Positions 47,413 to 55,837 of a DNA stretch of 64,000 nucleotides are shown piece by piece (the first letter of the stretch is position 1; every line of letters begins with the position of its first letter). A program made the translations under genes and the position numbers. The notes beneath the pieces were generated by a model, which saw only the letters and a program-made list of their open reading frames with translations, did not search any database and was not told the origin of the DNA. Source of the DNA: a virus; IMG/VR virus record IMGVR_UViG_3300005518_000002, positions 1 to 64,000 of that record, one strand, 5' to 3'.

Positions 47413-47937
47413 TCAGACCCTTCCGCTCTGGCCGTGCTCGAAGCGCGCGCTGCGCGCAGCGTCGTAGGGGCAGTGCCCGGTGCAGGGTCCCGGCTGTACC
47501 GGAACGCTGAGCCAGGGGCCTCCGTAACCCTTGAGGGTCTTGCTGGCTGCCGCGCCGCGCGGCCGGTAGTCGAACCAGCTCGCATGCAGCAGGGGCGGGC
47601 CGTCCGGCCGGGCGAGCAGCACAGCCCGTCCCGGCAGGCCCTGCGTGCAGTTCGGCACCGGACCGAGAACGGTCAGATGACCAAGAACCGAGGCTGCCCG
47701 CATAAGGTACGGTTTGTCCAGATTTTCCTCGGTTCCCTTCACTTCGACATATCCCGAGCCGTTGGTGCGGAAGTCCGGCAGGTACGTTCCCCCGCCGGGC
47801 AGCGCCACCCTCTCGGGCTCGTACTCGTAGTCGATGCCCGCGGCGGCGAAGAAGACAGCCCAGCGGGCCTCCAGACGGCTCCTGAAAAGGATGCCGTTGT
47901 AGCGGGTCTCGATGGCTTTGATCTTTGGTCGTTTCAT
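47413..47937 (-). CDS. PD-(D/E)XK nuclease
   Basis: FRSRLEARWA.FF, YEPE, YLPDF, VEVKG. Confidence 0.8.
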   Translation of the reverse strand: MKRPKIKAIETRYNGILFRSRLEARWAVFFAAAGIDYEYEPERVALPGGGTYLPDFRTNGSGYVEVKGTEENLDKPYLMRAASVLGHLTVLGPVPNCTQGLPGRAVLLARPDGPPLLHASWFDYRPRGAAASKTLKGYGGPWLSVPVQPGPCTGHCPYDAARSARFEHGQSGRV

Positions 47938-47962
47938 GATTCCTCCATTCCCTGATCACTGA

Positions 47963-50900
47963 TCACTTGGCGGAGATTTCTCCCCAGTTGTGGCCCGGCT
48001 TCGAGAGATCGCACAGGATCGGCACATCCCTCCATTCCCAGGTGAAAGCGTCCTTGATCTCTGCGCCGACTTCCGCCGCCAGGTTCTCGGGTACCGAGAA
48101 CACGAACTCGTCGTGGACCCAGCCCCTCAGGTACGCCCGGTACTCGGGGTGGCGGTCCATCAGGCGGAGCAGCACCTCACAGGTGATGTCCCGCGCCCCG
48201 CCCTGGCCCATCAGCGCGGGAGCCACCGTGTACGCCCACTTCGGGTCACAGCGCATCAGGCGCCCGAATCCGTTGTCGAGCAGTTCCCCGTTCGCCCCCT
48301 TGGCCCGTACGTCGTCGCGCCATTCCATCAGCCGGGGGAACCGGGCCTCCATTCCGTTGACGAAGGCATAAACGATTTTCGGGTCCGCACCGTCTTCGAT
48401 CATCCGCCGGGCCCCGAGACCGTAGTTCCAGCCGTGACCCCGGGCCTTCGCATCCTGCCTGCTGATTCCGAGCATGTCCGCGATCAGCTGGTGCGCGTCC
48501 TTCTGTGTGCCGTCCTCCTCGAACCCGAACAGCGCCATGTAACCCGGGTCCTGGCAGTGCCCGGCAATCGCCCGCATGTCGACCTGCGCCAGGTCGCAGG
48601 CCATCAGCACGTCCCCGTCGTCCGCCTCGAAGATCTCCCGCTCCACGTGGCGGCCGCCGTGCTTCCCGTAGACGGTCATGCCCGGTTCGGTGACCGAGCC
48701 CCGGCCGCTGGCCTGGCGCATGGACACCTTCGGGTGCACGCGCCCCTCGGGCGTCAGGTACTTCTGCGCGGTCTGGTAGACGGTGCGGGTGGTGGTGACC
48801 ACGCGCATCAGCTCCAGCGCCCGCTTCAGCTCCGCAGGGCACCGCGGGTGCTCCGCCACCCGGTCCAGCGTGTCGGCCGCCGTGCTCAGCCTGCCGTTCT
48901 CGGTCTTCGGGGGCTGGGTGACGCCGTGCTGCTTCCACAGGTCCGTGAGCCAGGCGATCCCCTCCGTGGTGGCGAGAGGGGAGCTGAACGGCTCCCTGAC
49001 GGCCTTGCGTGCCTTCCCCCGCCCCCGCATCACCTCCCGGGACAGCGGGAGCCCGTAGCCCTCGCTGAGCTCTTTGAGGGCTGCCTGCTTCTTCTCCTCC
49101 CCGTCCCGCAGCCGCTGGTTCAGCAGCTCCGTGTTGACCTTGAACCCGTTGAGCGTCATCCGCCCCATGAGGGGGAGGATCCTGTGCTCGCGCCGGGTGT
49201 AGTCGTCCGAGGGCAGGATCCCGCGCACCGCCCGGGAGGCTTCAAGATCGCCCCGCAGGTAGTCGTTGTACTCAGAGTCATCTTTCGGGATCTTGTCGAA
49301 CCCGCCGTGCTTGCGCGCCAGAACCCGGATGTCGTTGGTCTTCCCGGCCACCCCGTAGCGCTGAGCCACATGATCCAGATCGTACTCGTCCACCGACGAC
49401 TTGCCCCGGCTCCTCGGGGGGTGCGCCTGCCGGGCGAGAGGTTCGGTGTCGACCGCCTTGCGGGCGAACGCGTCGAAGTCCATCCGGTGCCAGTGCGCGA
49501 GTGCCGGGCCGTCGAACCCGAGGATGTTGTGCCCGTAGACCTCCGGTGCCCGGGAGATCATTTCCACCAGTTCCGCGGGGGGCACGCCCGTCCTCGAATT
49601 GCCGTGCTGGTCGATCACTCCGGCAAGGCGCACGAAGCCCTCCCCGTAGGTGAACGCGGCGGACGCGTCAGCGGTCTCCAGGTCGAACCCGATGGGGCCC
49701 GAGAGGTCGATTTCCACGGGGGGTGCGGGGTCCGCAAAAGGATCTACGGAGAGGTCGAAATCAAGATCGTCCCCAAGGGCGTTCCAAGATCGGGTACCGT
49801 CAGTACCGTCAGCGCCGTTAAGTCCTCGTGATGGCTCATTTTTTCTGGTTAACCGGGCTGACGGTACTGACGGTACCTGATCTTGGTCCAGCTCTGTGAC
49901 GTGCATTTTTTCATTTTTCGCTTGTTCAGTGTTCAACGACTTTTCTCCCTCCAGAATTTTTTCTGCGCCCGTTTTGTACCCATTCTCGCGACCGGCCGCG
50001 GGACCCTCCGACGGACCCCGGAAAGGATCATCAGGACAGTCCGTGCAGTCGTCCCCGGGAAGATCGTCCGGGGTGAATTTCAGCCCCCTCCAGGCGTAGT
50101 AGGTCGACCCGAGAGGAACGGACATTCCGGACGGCCGGGAGAGCCCCGACTGCTTTTTGATCTTCTTCCTGTCGACCGGATTCTGCGACACCAGGTCGTG
50201 TCCCCCGAACCGGCTCACGAAGGTTTTGTCCCCCCATTCCTTCTGTCCCTTGTCCTTGATGTAGGAGTTGAAATCCGCGTACAGCTCCTTTGCGATCACG
50301 TGTGAGGCGTCGTCGAACTCCAGCCGGTCCTGGATGTACGACATGATCAGATCGGAGGACCGGCGCCATTCCTGGGTGTCCTTGTCCACCCGGTCCGGAG
50401 GAGGGGGCATGATCGTACCCAGCTCGTACCAGCGCCGGGCACCGGCCGCCATCCACGCCAGAACGGCCTCCTGGATCTTCGGATCGGTCTTGCAGCGGTC
50501 ACGGAGCGTAGCGTCACCGAGCCGGTCGTTCGGCCCTTTCACCTCTTCCTGCGTCTTGCGGTAGGTGTAGGGCCAGCGCACCAGCGCCAGGCGCCTCCAG
50601 GTGCCGTGGTCCGTCTCGTCGACCACCGGCTTGTGGTTGGAGTTGATGAACAGGCTGTGCGTCGCCTTGAAGGTCACCGGGTCCTGCCGGATGCGCCGGG
50701 CCGTCACGTACGCCGTACCGGCCAGCTTCTTCGCCCGGTTGGTGTCCAGGCGCCGGGCCTCCGGCGTCTCCTCCAGCACCGCGTAGCGCGCCCCCATCAG
50801 ATCCATCATTTCGGTGGGGTGGTTGTCGTTCGCGTTGCCGAGCATCACCCGGTCGCTCACCTGCACGTGGTACTTCCCGGCTGCTTTGGCGCACGCGTCG

Positions 50901-52261
50901 TAGATCGTGCTCTTGCCGTTGGCCCCGCCGCCCTGACAGATCAGGATCAGATCGTCCGGAGTCATGTGCCCGGTGATCGCCTGTCCCTCCCTCAGCTGGA
51001 ACCACTCCACCACGTCACCCGGCAGGGCCAGCAGCGCCTTGTCCCAGTCCGCGTGGTGTGCGTCCTTGACGAAGTCCACTCCCGCAATCTTCGTCATCAG
51101 CTGGTCGGGATCATGCGGCGTCAGCACCCCGGTCTTCAGGTCCACCACACCGTTGGGGCAGTTGAGCAGATCCGGATCGCCGTCGAAGCTCTCCGCGTCG
51201 CACTCCAGCGTTCCCTTCGCCAGCCGGATCACCGCACCCACCCGGCTCGCGCTCAGCACGCCCCGCCAGCCGTCCACCGCCGCACCCAGGTCCCTGCCCG
51301 TGCCGCTGTGCTGCGCGTCCACGGCCCGGTGGTAGTGCTCCAGTGCCCAGCGGCTCACCGTCTCCACGACAGTGACCTCCGTGGCCTCCTTCCACACCTT
51401 GCCGGTCCACTGCATCCACCCCATGCCCGCAGCCCAGCGGAAGCGGCCGTCCAGCTCCTCGTCGCACACCGTGTCGGCCAGCACCCTGTCCGTGAACGTG
51501 GCGTCGCGCGATTCGTTGGGCAGCTGGTCCATGCTGGCCTGGCCGAGGACTTCCAGCGTCCCTCCGGCATGGAAGAAGTCGTCCACGCCCTTCACGGCCG
51601 TGCCGTCCACCTCGGCCGGGATGATCAGGTACCGGACCGTGGCACCCTTGCTCTCCAGCCAGCGGCCGAGCCGCTGCATGGCCAGAAGAACGTTTCTCTT
51701 CTCCCGGGCGTCCGCGTCGAAACAGACCACGACCGTCCGGTCCATCAGGGGAATGTCTTCCCAGTCCCCGAGCGTTCCCATCTTGCTGCGCCAGTTGAAC
51801 ACCCCGGTCAGCGTGATCACTGCCTTGCCCAGGGAGGCCAGGCAGTCGGCCTTCTTCAGCCCTTCCGTGATCCACAGCGGTTCGCTCGGGTCGCGCACCC
51901 CGTCGCTCACGGGCGGGGGGACGTCCAGCCGGTTGGGCACGCCGGTCTGGCTGGCGTACTTCTGGAGCTTGCCGCCGGGGGCCTCCTGCGGAATGGCAGG
52001 CTTGAACTGGCAGCCGATCTTCTCGCCGGTCACCCGGTACATCGGGATGAGCAGCCCCGGGAACGCCATCGGGTCCCGCCATGCCCAGCGCGGCACCCGC
52101 AGGTCGTGCAGCCGGGCCTGGTCGTCGTCCGAGCCGTACAGGGTCTCGTACCCGCGGGCGCGGCGCACCTCCTCGCTGATGCAGCTCTCCTCCAGCTCCC
52201 GCAGGTGCCCGGCCATCAGCTCCTGGGCAGCTGCCACGGGTGGTTCCTCGGTGGTCGTCAC
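47963..52261 (-). CDS. primase (DUF3854/TOPRIM-like) + SF3/D5 helicase + family A DNA polymerase fusion
   Basis: ITEG.KKA, CFDAD, KGVDD; GGGANGKST, WRR; FDLET, GHNI.GFD, Y...D; CDLAQVDMR, R..AK....G..YG, VHDE. Confidence 0.92.
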   Translation of the reverse strand: MTTTEEPPVAAAQELMAGHLRELEESCISEEVRRARGYETLYGSDDDQARLHDLRVPRWAWRDPMAFPGLLIPMYRVTGEKIGCQFKPAIPQEAPGGKLQKYASQTGVPNRLDVPPPVSDGVRDPSEPLWITEGLKKADCLASLGKAVITLTGVFNWRSKMGTLGDWEDIPLMDRTVVVCFDADAREKRNVLLAMQRLGRWLESKGATVRYLIIPAEVDGTAVKGVDDFFHAGGTLEVLGQASMDQLPNESRDATFTDRVLADTVCDEELDGRFRWAAGMGWMQWTGKVWKEATEVTVVETVSRWALEHYHRAVDAQHSGTGRDLGAAVDGWRGVLSASRVGAVIRLAKGTLECDAESFDGDPDLLNCPNGVVDLKTGVLTPHDPDQLMTKIAGVDFVKDAHHADWDKALLALPGDVVEWFQLREGQAITGHMTPDDLILICQGGGANGKSTIYDACAKAAGKYHVQVSDRVMLGNANDNHPTEMMDLMGARYAVLEETPEARRLDTNRAKKLAGTAYVTARRIRQDPVTFKATHSLFINSNHKPVVDETDHGTWRRLALVRWPYTYRKTQEEVKGPNDRLGDATLRDRCKTDPKIQEAVLAWMAAGARRWYELGTIMPPPPDRVDKDTQEWRRSSDLIMSYIQDRLEFDDASHVIAKELYADFNSYIKDKGQKEWGDKTFVSRFGGHDLVSQNPVDRKKIKKQSGLSRPSGMSVPLGSTYYAWRGLKFTPDDLPGDDCTDCPDDPFRGPSEGPAAGRENGYKTGAEKILEGEKSLNTEQAKNEKMHVTELDQDQVPSVPSARLTRKNEPSRGLNGADGTDGTRSWNALGDDLDFDLSVDPFADPAPPVEIDLSGPIGFDLETADASAAFTYGEGFVRLAGVIDQHGNSRTGVPPAELVEMISRAPEVYGHNILGFDGPALAHWHRMDFDAFARKAVDTEPLARQAHPPRSRGKSSVDEYDLDHVAQRYGVAGKTNDIRVLARKHGGFDKIPKDDSEYNDYLRGDLEASRAVRGILPSDDYTRREHRILPLMGRMTLNGFKVNTELLNQRLRDGEEKKQAALKELSEGYGLPLSREVMRGRGKARKAVREPFSSPLATTEGIAWLTDLWKQHGVTQPPKTENGRLSTAADTLDRVAEHPRCPAELKRALELMRVVTTTRTVYQTAQKYLTPEGRVHPKVSMRQASGRGSVTEPGMTVYGKHGGRHVEREIFEADDGDVLMACDLAQVDMRAIAGHCQDPGYMALFGFEEDGTQKDAHQLIADMLGISRQDAKARGHGWNYGLGARRMIEDGADPKIVYAFVNGMEARFPRLMEWRDDVRAKGANGELLDNGFGRLMRCDPKWAYTVAPALMGQGGARDITCEVLLRLMDRHPEYRAYLRGWVHDEFVFSVPENLAAEVGAEIKDAFTWEWRDVPILCDLSKPGHNWGEISAK
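49793..49877. repeat. 21-bp perfect inverted repeat, origin-like
   Basis: GGTACCGTCAGTACCGTCAGC (49793-49813) / GCTGACGGTACTGACGGTACC (49857-49877). Confidence 0.85.
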
Positions 52262-52464
52262 AGCGCAGCCTCTTTCCTGGCCGGGCTGGCGACGGGCTGC
52301 GGGGTGATGAGCTGCATGAGCTCACTCCGCCGCACCCGCACGCTCCTCGGGCCGACGCGGTACTTGGTCAGCCGCTGCTCGTTGAACCAGCGGCGGATGG
52401 TCTTCGGGTCCTTACCGGCCAGCCGTGCAGCCTCCGGAACCGTGATGTACTCGTCTTCTTCCAC
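52258..52464 (-). CDS. excisionase-like HTH DNA-binding protein
   Basis: YITVPEAA.L.G....TIRRW...L...RVG...VR.RRSEL; RBS AAGGAGG. Confidence 0.8.
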   Translation of the reverse strand: MEEDEYITVPEAARLAGKDPKTIRRWFNEQRLTKYRVGPRSVRVRRSELMQLITPQPVASPARKEAAL

Positions 52465-52570
52465 CTGGAGCACCTCCTTCCACATGTAGGGGTCAACTGA
52501 CCTCACTGTACCCCGCGAGGGGTCAGGGGGGTATATTGGAGGGAGCATACCGCGAACAAGGAGACTGATC

Positions 52571-53077
52571 ATGGACCAGTGCCTCAGGTGCGCCCATCCG
52601 GCGCATCCCACGAAGACCTGCCAGGAGAACACCGATCCCGACTTCCCCGACGCGGGCACGGACTGCGGCTGCACTCCGGTGCAGGTGCACGAGGTGTTAG
52701 CGGCCGAGCGCCGGGCACAGCACCTGGCCCGGTTCAGCGACGGAGAACTGCGCAGCCGCCTGAACGACCTGCTGGTCCAGTGCGACAAGGAGCAGAAGGC
52801 GTACCCCGCTACGGGCAAGGCGGGTTACCTGTACGTCGAGGAGATCTACCGGCTGCTGGGCCTGTCGCCCGAGGGGAAGATCCGGGAGAGCCGCGCGGCC
52901 GCGGAGCTCTCCCAGATGATCGAGCAGGGCCGCGCGGCCGAAGTGCTGGAGGCGTACGACGACCATCACCTCAGCTGCGGCTACGTCGCCGGGATCATCA
53001 GCCACGTGGCGGCCGAGGGCGGCGAGATGACCGCGCAGGAGTTCGCCCGGTCCCTCCAGGAAGAGGCGCAGAAGTGA
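52571..53077 (+). CDS. hypothetical protein
   Basis: RBS AAGGAG; N-terminal C..C.H..H; TTA at 52697. Confidence 0.7.
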   Translation: MDQCLRCAHPAHPTKTCQENTDPDFPDAGTDCGCTPVQVHEVLAAERRAQHLARFSDGELRSRLNDLLVQCDKEQKAYPATGKAGYLYVEEIYRLLGLSPEGKIRESRAAAELSQMIEQGRAAEVLEAYDDHHLSCGYVAGIISHVAAEGGEMTAQEFARSLQEEAQK

Positions 53078-53190
53078 AGGCCGGACAGGACACGACCCCG
53101 TGCCCCTGCGCGTGCAGTCCGGGAACCCGGTGCAGCTGCACCGGCTGTGTCTGCGAGGAGCACCACCCGGAGGAAACCGATGAGCGCTGA
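53074..53190 (+). CDS. 38-aa metallothionein-like peptide
   Basis: GTGA coupling; CPCACSPGTRCSCTGCVCEEHH. Confidence 0.55.
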   Translation: MKAGQDTTPCPCACSPGTRCSCTGCVCEEHHPEETDER

Positions 53191-55837
53191 CATGATCCGC
53201 CTGCGCGACTACCAGAACGAGTGCGTGGACAAGGTGATTGCCGCCTGGCTCACCAACACCCAGCGTCCGGCCGTCGTGCTCCCGACCGGCTGTCATCGGG
53301 CGGGGCAACGCGTTCTCATGTACGACGGCTCCGTCTGCACTGTCGAGAACGTCCGGGCTGGTGATCGCCTCATGGGTCCTGACAGCACCCCTCGTGAGGT
53401 TCTGTCCCTGGCCCGGGGTACCGGACCCATGATGGAGGTCCGGCCGGTCAAAGGACGCCCCTGGGTGGTCAATGATGAGCACGTGCTGACTCTGGTCCGC
53501 ACCGCAGCCGGGGGTAAATACCCCTCGGAGCAGGGGGGCGTGATCACCGACGTAGCGCTGCCGGACTGGTGGCAGTGGGCCCGGTACCGGAAGCACACCC
53601 ATAAGATCTTCAGGGTGCCGGTCGACTTTCCCGCTCAGCCTGTGCCGGACCTCGATCCGTATTTTCTCGGAGTAGTGCTCGGAGATGGGTCACTGTCCGT
53701 CCGGCACCGGCTGTCGATCGCCACGGCGGACCCGGAGATCACGGAACTGTGCGAGCAGGTGGCACAGGACCACGGCCGACGGGGCGGGGGCAATCCCCTG
53801 GTGACAAAAATCCGTGCACTGGGACTGTGCCCGATCGCATGCGCAGACCGGTTCGTTCCGGAGATCTACAAACTGGGCAGCCGGAAGGTCCGGCTGGAGA
53901 CCTTGGCCGGTCTGATCGACTCGGACGGAGCTCTGTCCGGGGACGGATACGACTTCGGATCCAAGTCAGAACGGTTGGCCGATGACGTGGCGTTCATGGC
54001 CCGGAGTCTCGGGCTGGCTGCGTACGTAACCAAGCGTCCGAGCGGCCATTACCGGGTGTCGGTCTCCGGGGACTGCACAGTCATCCCGGTGCGGATCAGG
54101 CGTAAGAAAGCACCAGCACGGACGGCAGTCAAGGATGTGCTGCGTACGGGATTCGATGTGATCCCCACGGGCACTGTGGAGCCGTATTACGGGTTCCACC
54201 TGGACGGCGACCACCGATACCTCCTGGACGATTTCACGGTGACGCACAACTCGGGCAAGACTGTGATCTTCTCCCATCTGGCGGACGACTGGCTCAACCA
54301 CCGCGGCCGGGGCACCCGCGTCGTGATCCTGGTGCACCGTGATGAGCTGGCCGACCAGGCGATCCGCAAGCTGCACGACGTCGCACCCCACATGAGCGTC
54401 GGCAAGGTCAAAGCGGCGGACAACGACGTCCATGCCGACGTCATGGTCTGCTCCGTGCAGACCCTGGCCCGCCAGTCCCGTCTGGACCGGCTGATCAGCA
54501 GCCAGTACGCGTTCTCTCCCCCGGGAGAACCGGCTCCGCTGGAGCGGCCGATCGGACTGGTCATCGTGGACGAATGCCATCATGCCGCCGCACCCAGCTA
54601 CCGCCGGATCATGGAACAGCTGGGCTGCTTCACCCTGGAGCCGGAAAATGCCTACGGCCACTGCGCCGGTACCCGGGCGGTAGGCTTCACCGCCACCCTG
54701 GCCCGCGGTGACGGGGTGGGGCTGGGCTCCGTGTGGGACAGCGTGGCCTACACCCGCACCACCCTGGAGATGATCCGGGACGGCTTCCTGACGGACGTCA
54801 AGGGGCGTAACGTCGATCTTGATTTCGACCTGTCGGGGGTCAAGACCTCCGCGGGCGACTACCAGGCCAAGTCGCTCGGAGAGGCGATCGTCTCGGCCGA
54901 CGGTCCGCGCAAGATCGCTGCCGCTGTCCTGGAGTACGCGGAGGACCGGCGCCCGATCGTCTTCACGCCCGACGTGGCCAGCGCCTATCTCACCGCGGCG
55001 GAGCTGGACAAGCTCGGCATCCTGTGTGACGTGGTGGAGGGCAACACCAGCCGCGAGGAGCGCCAGCTGATCTACAAGAAGTACCGCACCGGGGAATTGC
55101 AGGCCGTGGTCAACTGCATGGTGCTGACCGAGGGAGCCGACTTCCCCTGGGCGGACTGCGCGGTGATCGCCCGTCCGACCAGGAGCGCCCCGCTCTACAT
55201 TCAGATGGTCGGCCGTGTGCTGCGTCCCTGGCCCGGCAAGTCCGACGCGCTGGTGCTCAACGTGATCGGCCAGGGCGGCACCATCTCCACCCTGATCGAC
55301 CTGGACCCGGGCCTGGTCACCACGCCCCGGCCGGGGGAGTCACTGGCCGACGCCTACACCCGGCAGGAGGAACGGGCGGACTCGAAGGTCCCCGCCGGAT
55401 CACTCGCCTTCGAGCTCAAGTACCGCGACATGGACCTGTTCGCCGCCTCCAGCCAGGCGTGGCTGCGCACCCCCGGCGGGGTGATGTTCCTCCCCCTCGG
55501 ACAGGGAGAGGTCTTCCTGTGGCCGGACGCAGAGGGCACCTGGGCGGTGTGCTTCGCCCCCACTCAGGGTCGCAAGTGGGTCCGCCTGCACCGGGAGCTT
55601 CCCCTCGGCCTGGCCATGGCATGGGCGGAAACCGAGGCGGGCGCGGCGGTCTTCGCCCTGTCGGCCAAGGACAAGCGCTGGCGCAAGGAGAAGGCCGACG
55701 CCAAGCAGATCGGCAAGGCCCGCTCGATGGGTATCGACGTCGGGCCCGACCCCCGCAAGGGGTCAGTGTCAGACGCCATCAGTACAGTGCTCGCGAGCTG
55801 GAAGTTCGATGAGCGCGTGAAGAAGGTCCAGGTATGA
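53180..55837 (+). CDS. SF2 DEAD/DEAH helicase containing an intein
   Basis: LRDYQ, LPTG|SGKT, DECHH, GFTAT, LTEG.D.P, QMVGR.LR. Confidence 0.92.
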   Translation: MSADMIRLRDYQNECVDKVIAAWLTNTQRPAVVLPTGCHRAGQRVLMYDGSVCTVENVRAGDRLMGPDSTPREVLSLARGTGPMMEVRPVKGRPWVVNDEHVLTLVRTAAGGKYPSEQGGVITDVALPDWWQWARYRKHTHKIFRVPVDFPAQPVPDLDPYFLGVVLGDGSLSVRHRLSIATADPEITELCEQVAQDHGRRGGGNPLVTKIRALGLCPIACADRFVPEIYKLGSRKVRLETLAGLIDSDGALSGDGYDFGSKSERLADDVAFMARSLGLAAYVTKRPSGHYRVSVSGDCTVIPVRIRRKKAPARTAVKDVLRTGFDVIPTGTVEPYYGFHLDGDHRYLLDDFTVTHNSGKTVIFSHLADDWLNHRGRGTRVVILVHRDELADQAIRKLHDVAPHMSVGKVKAADNDVHADVMVCSVQTLARQSRLDRLISSQYAFSPPGEPAPLERPIGLVIVDECHHAAAPSYRRIMEQLGCFTLEPENAYGHCAGTRAVGFTATLARGDGVGLGSVWDSVAYTRTTLEMIRDGFLTDVKGRNVDLDFDLSGVKTSAGDYQAKSLGEAIVSADGPRKIAAAVLEYAEDRRPIVFTPDVASAYLTAAELDKLGILCDVVEGNTSREERQLIYKKYRTGELQAVVNCMVLTEGADFPWADCAVIARPTRSAPLYIQMVGRVLRPWPGKSDALVLNVIGQGGTISTLIDLDPGLVTTPRPGESLADAYTRQEERADSKVPAGSLAFELKYRDMDLFAASSQAWLRTPGGVMFLPLGQGEVFLWPDAEGTWAVCFAPTQGRKWVRLHRELPLGLAMAWAETEAGAAVFALSAKDKRWRKEKADAKQIGKARSMGIDVGPDPRKGSVSDAISTVLASWKFDERVKKVQV
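53291..54250 (+). mobile_element. intein (320 aa) with LAGLIDADG homing endonuclease
   Basis: Starts CHRAGQRV, ends VTHN/S; LGVVLGDG and LAGLIDSDG; splits Walker A. Confidence 0.93.

Noticed and set aside
52258-52464. Excisionase implying an integration module
   Set aside because: No integrase or att site in the window; more likely a regulator
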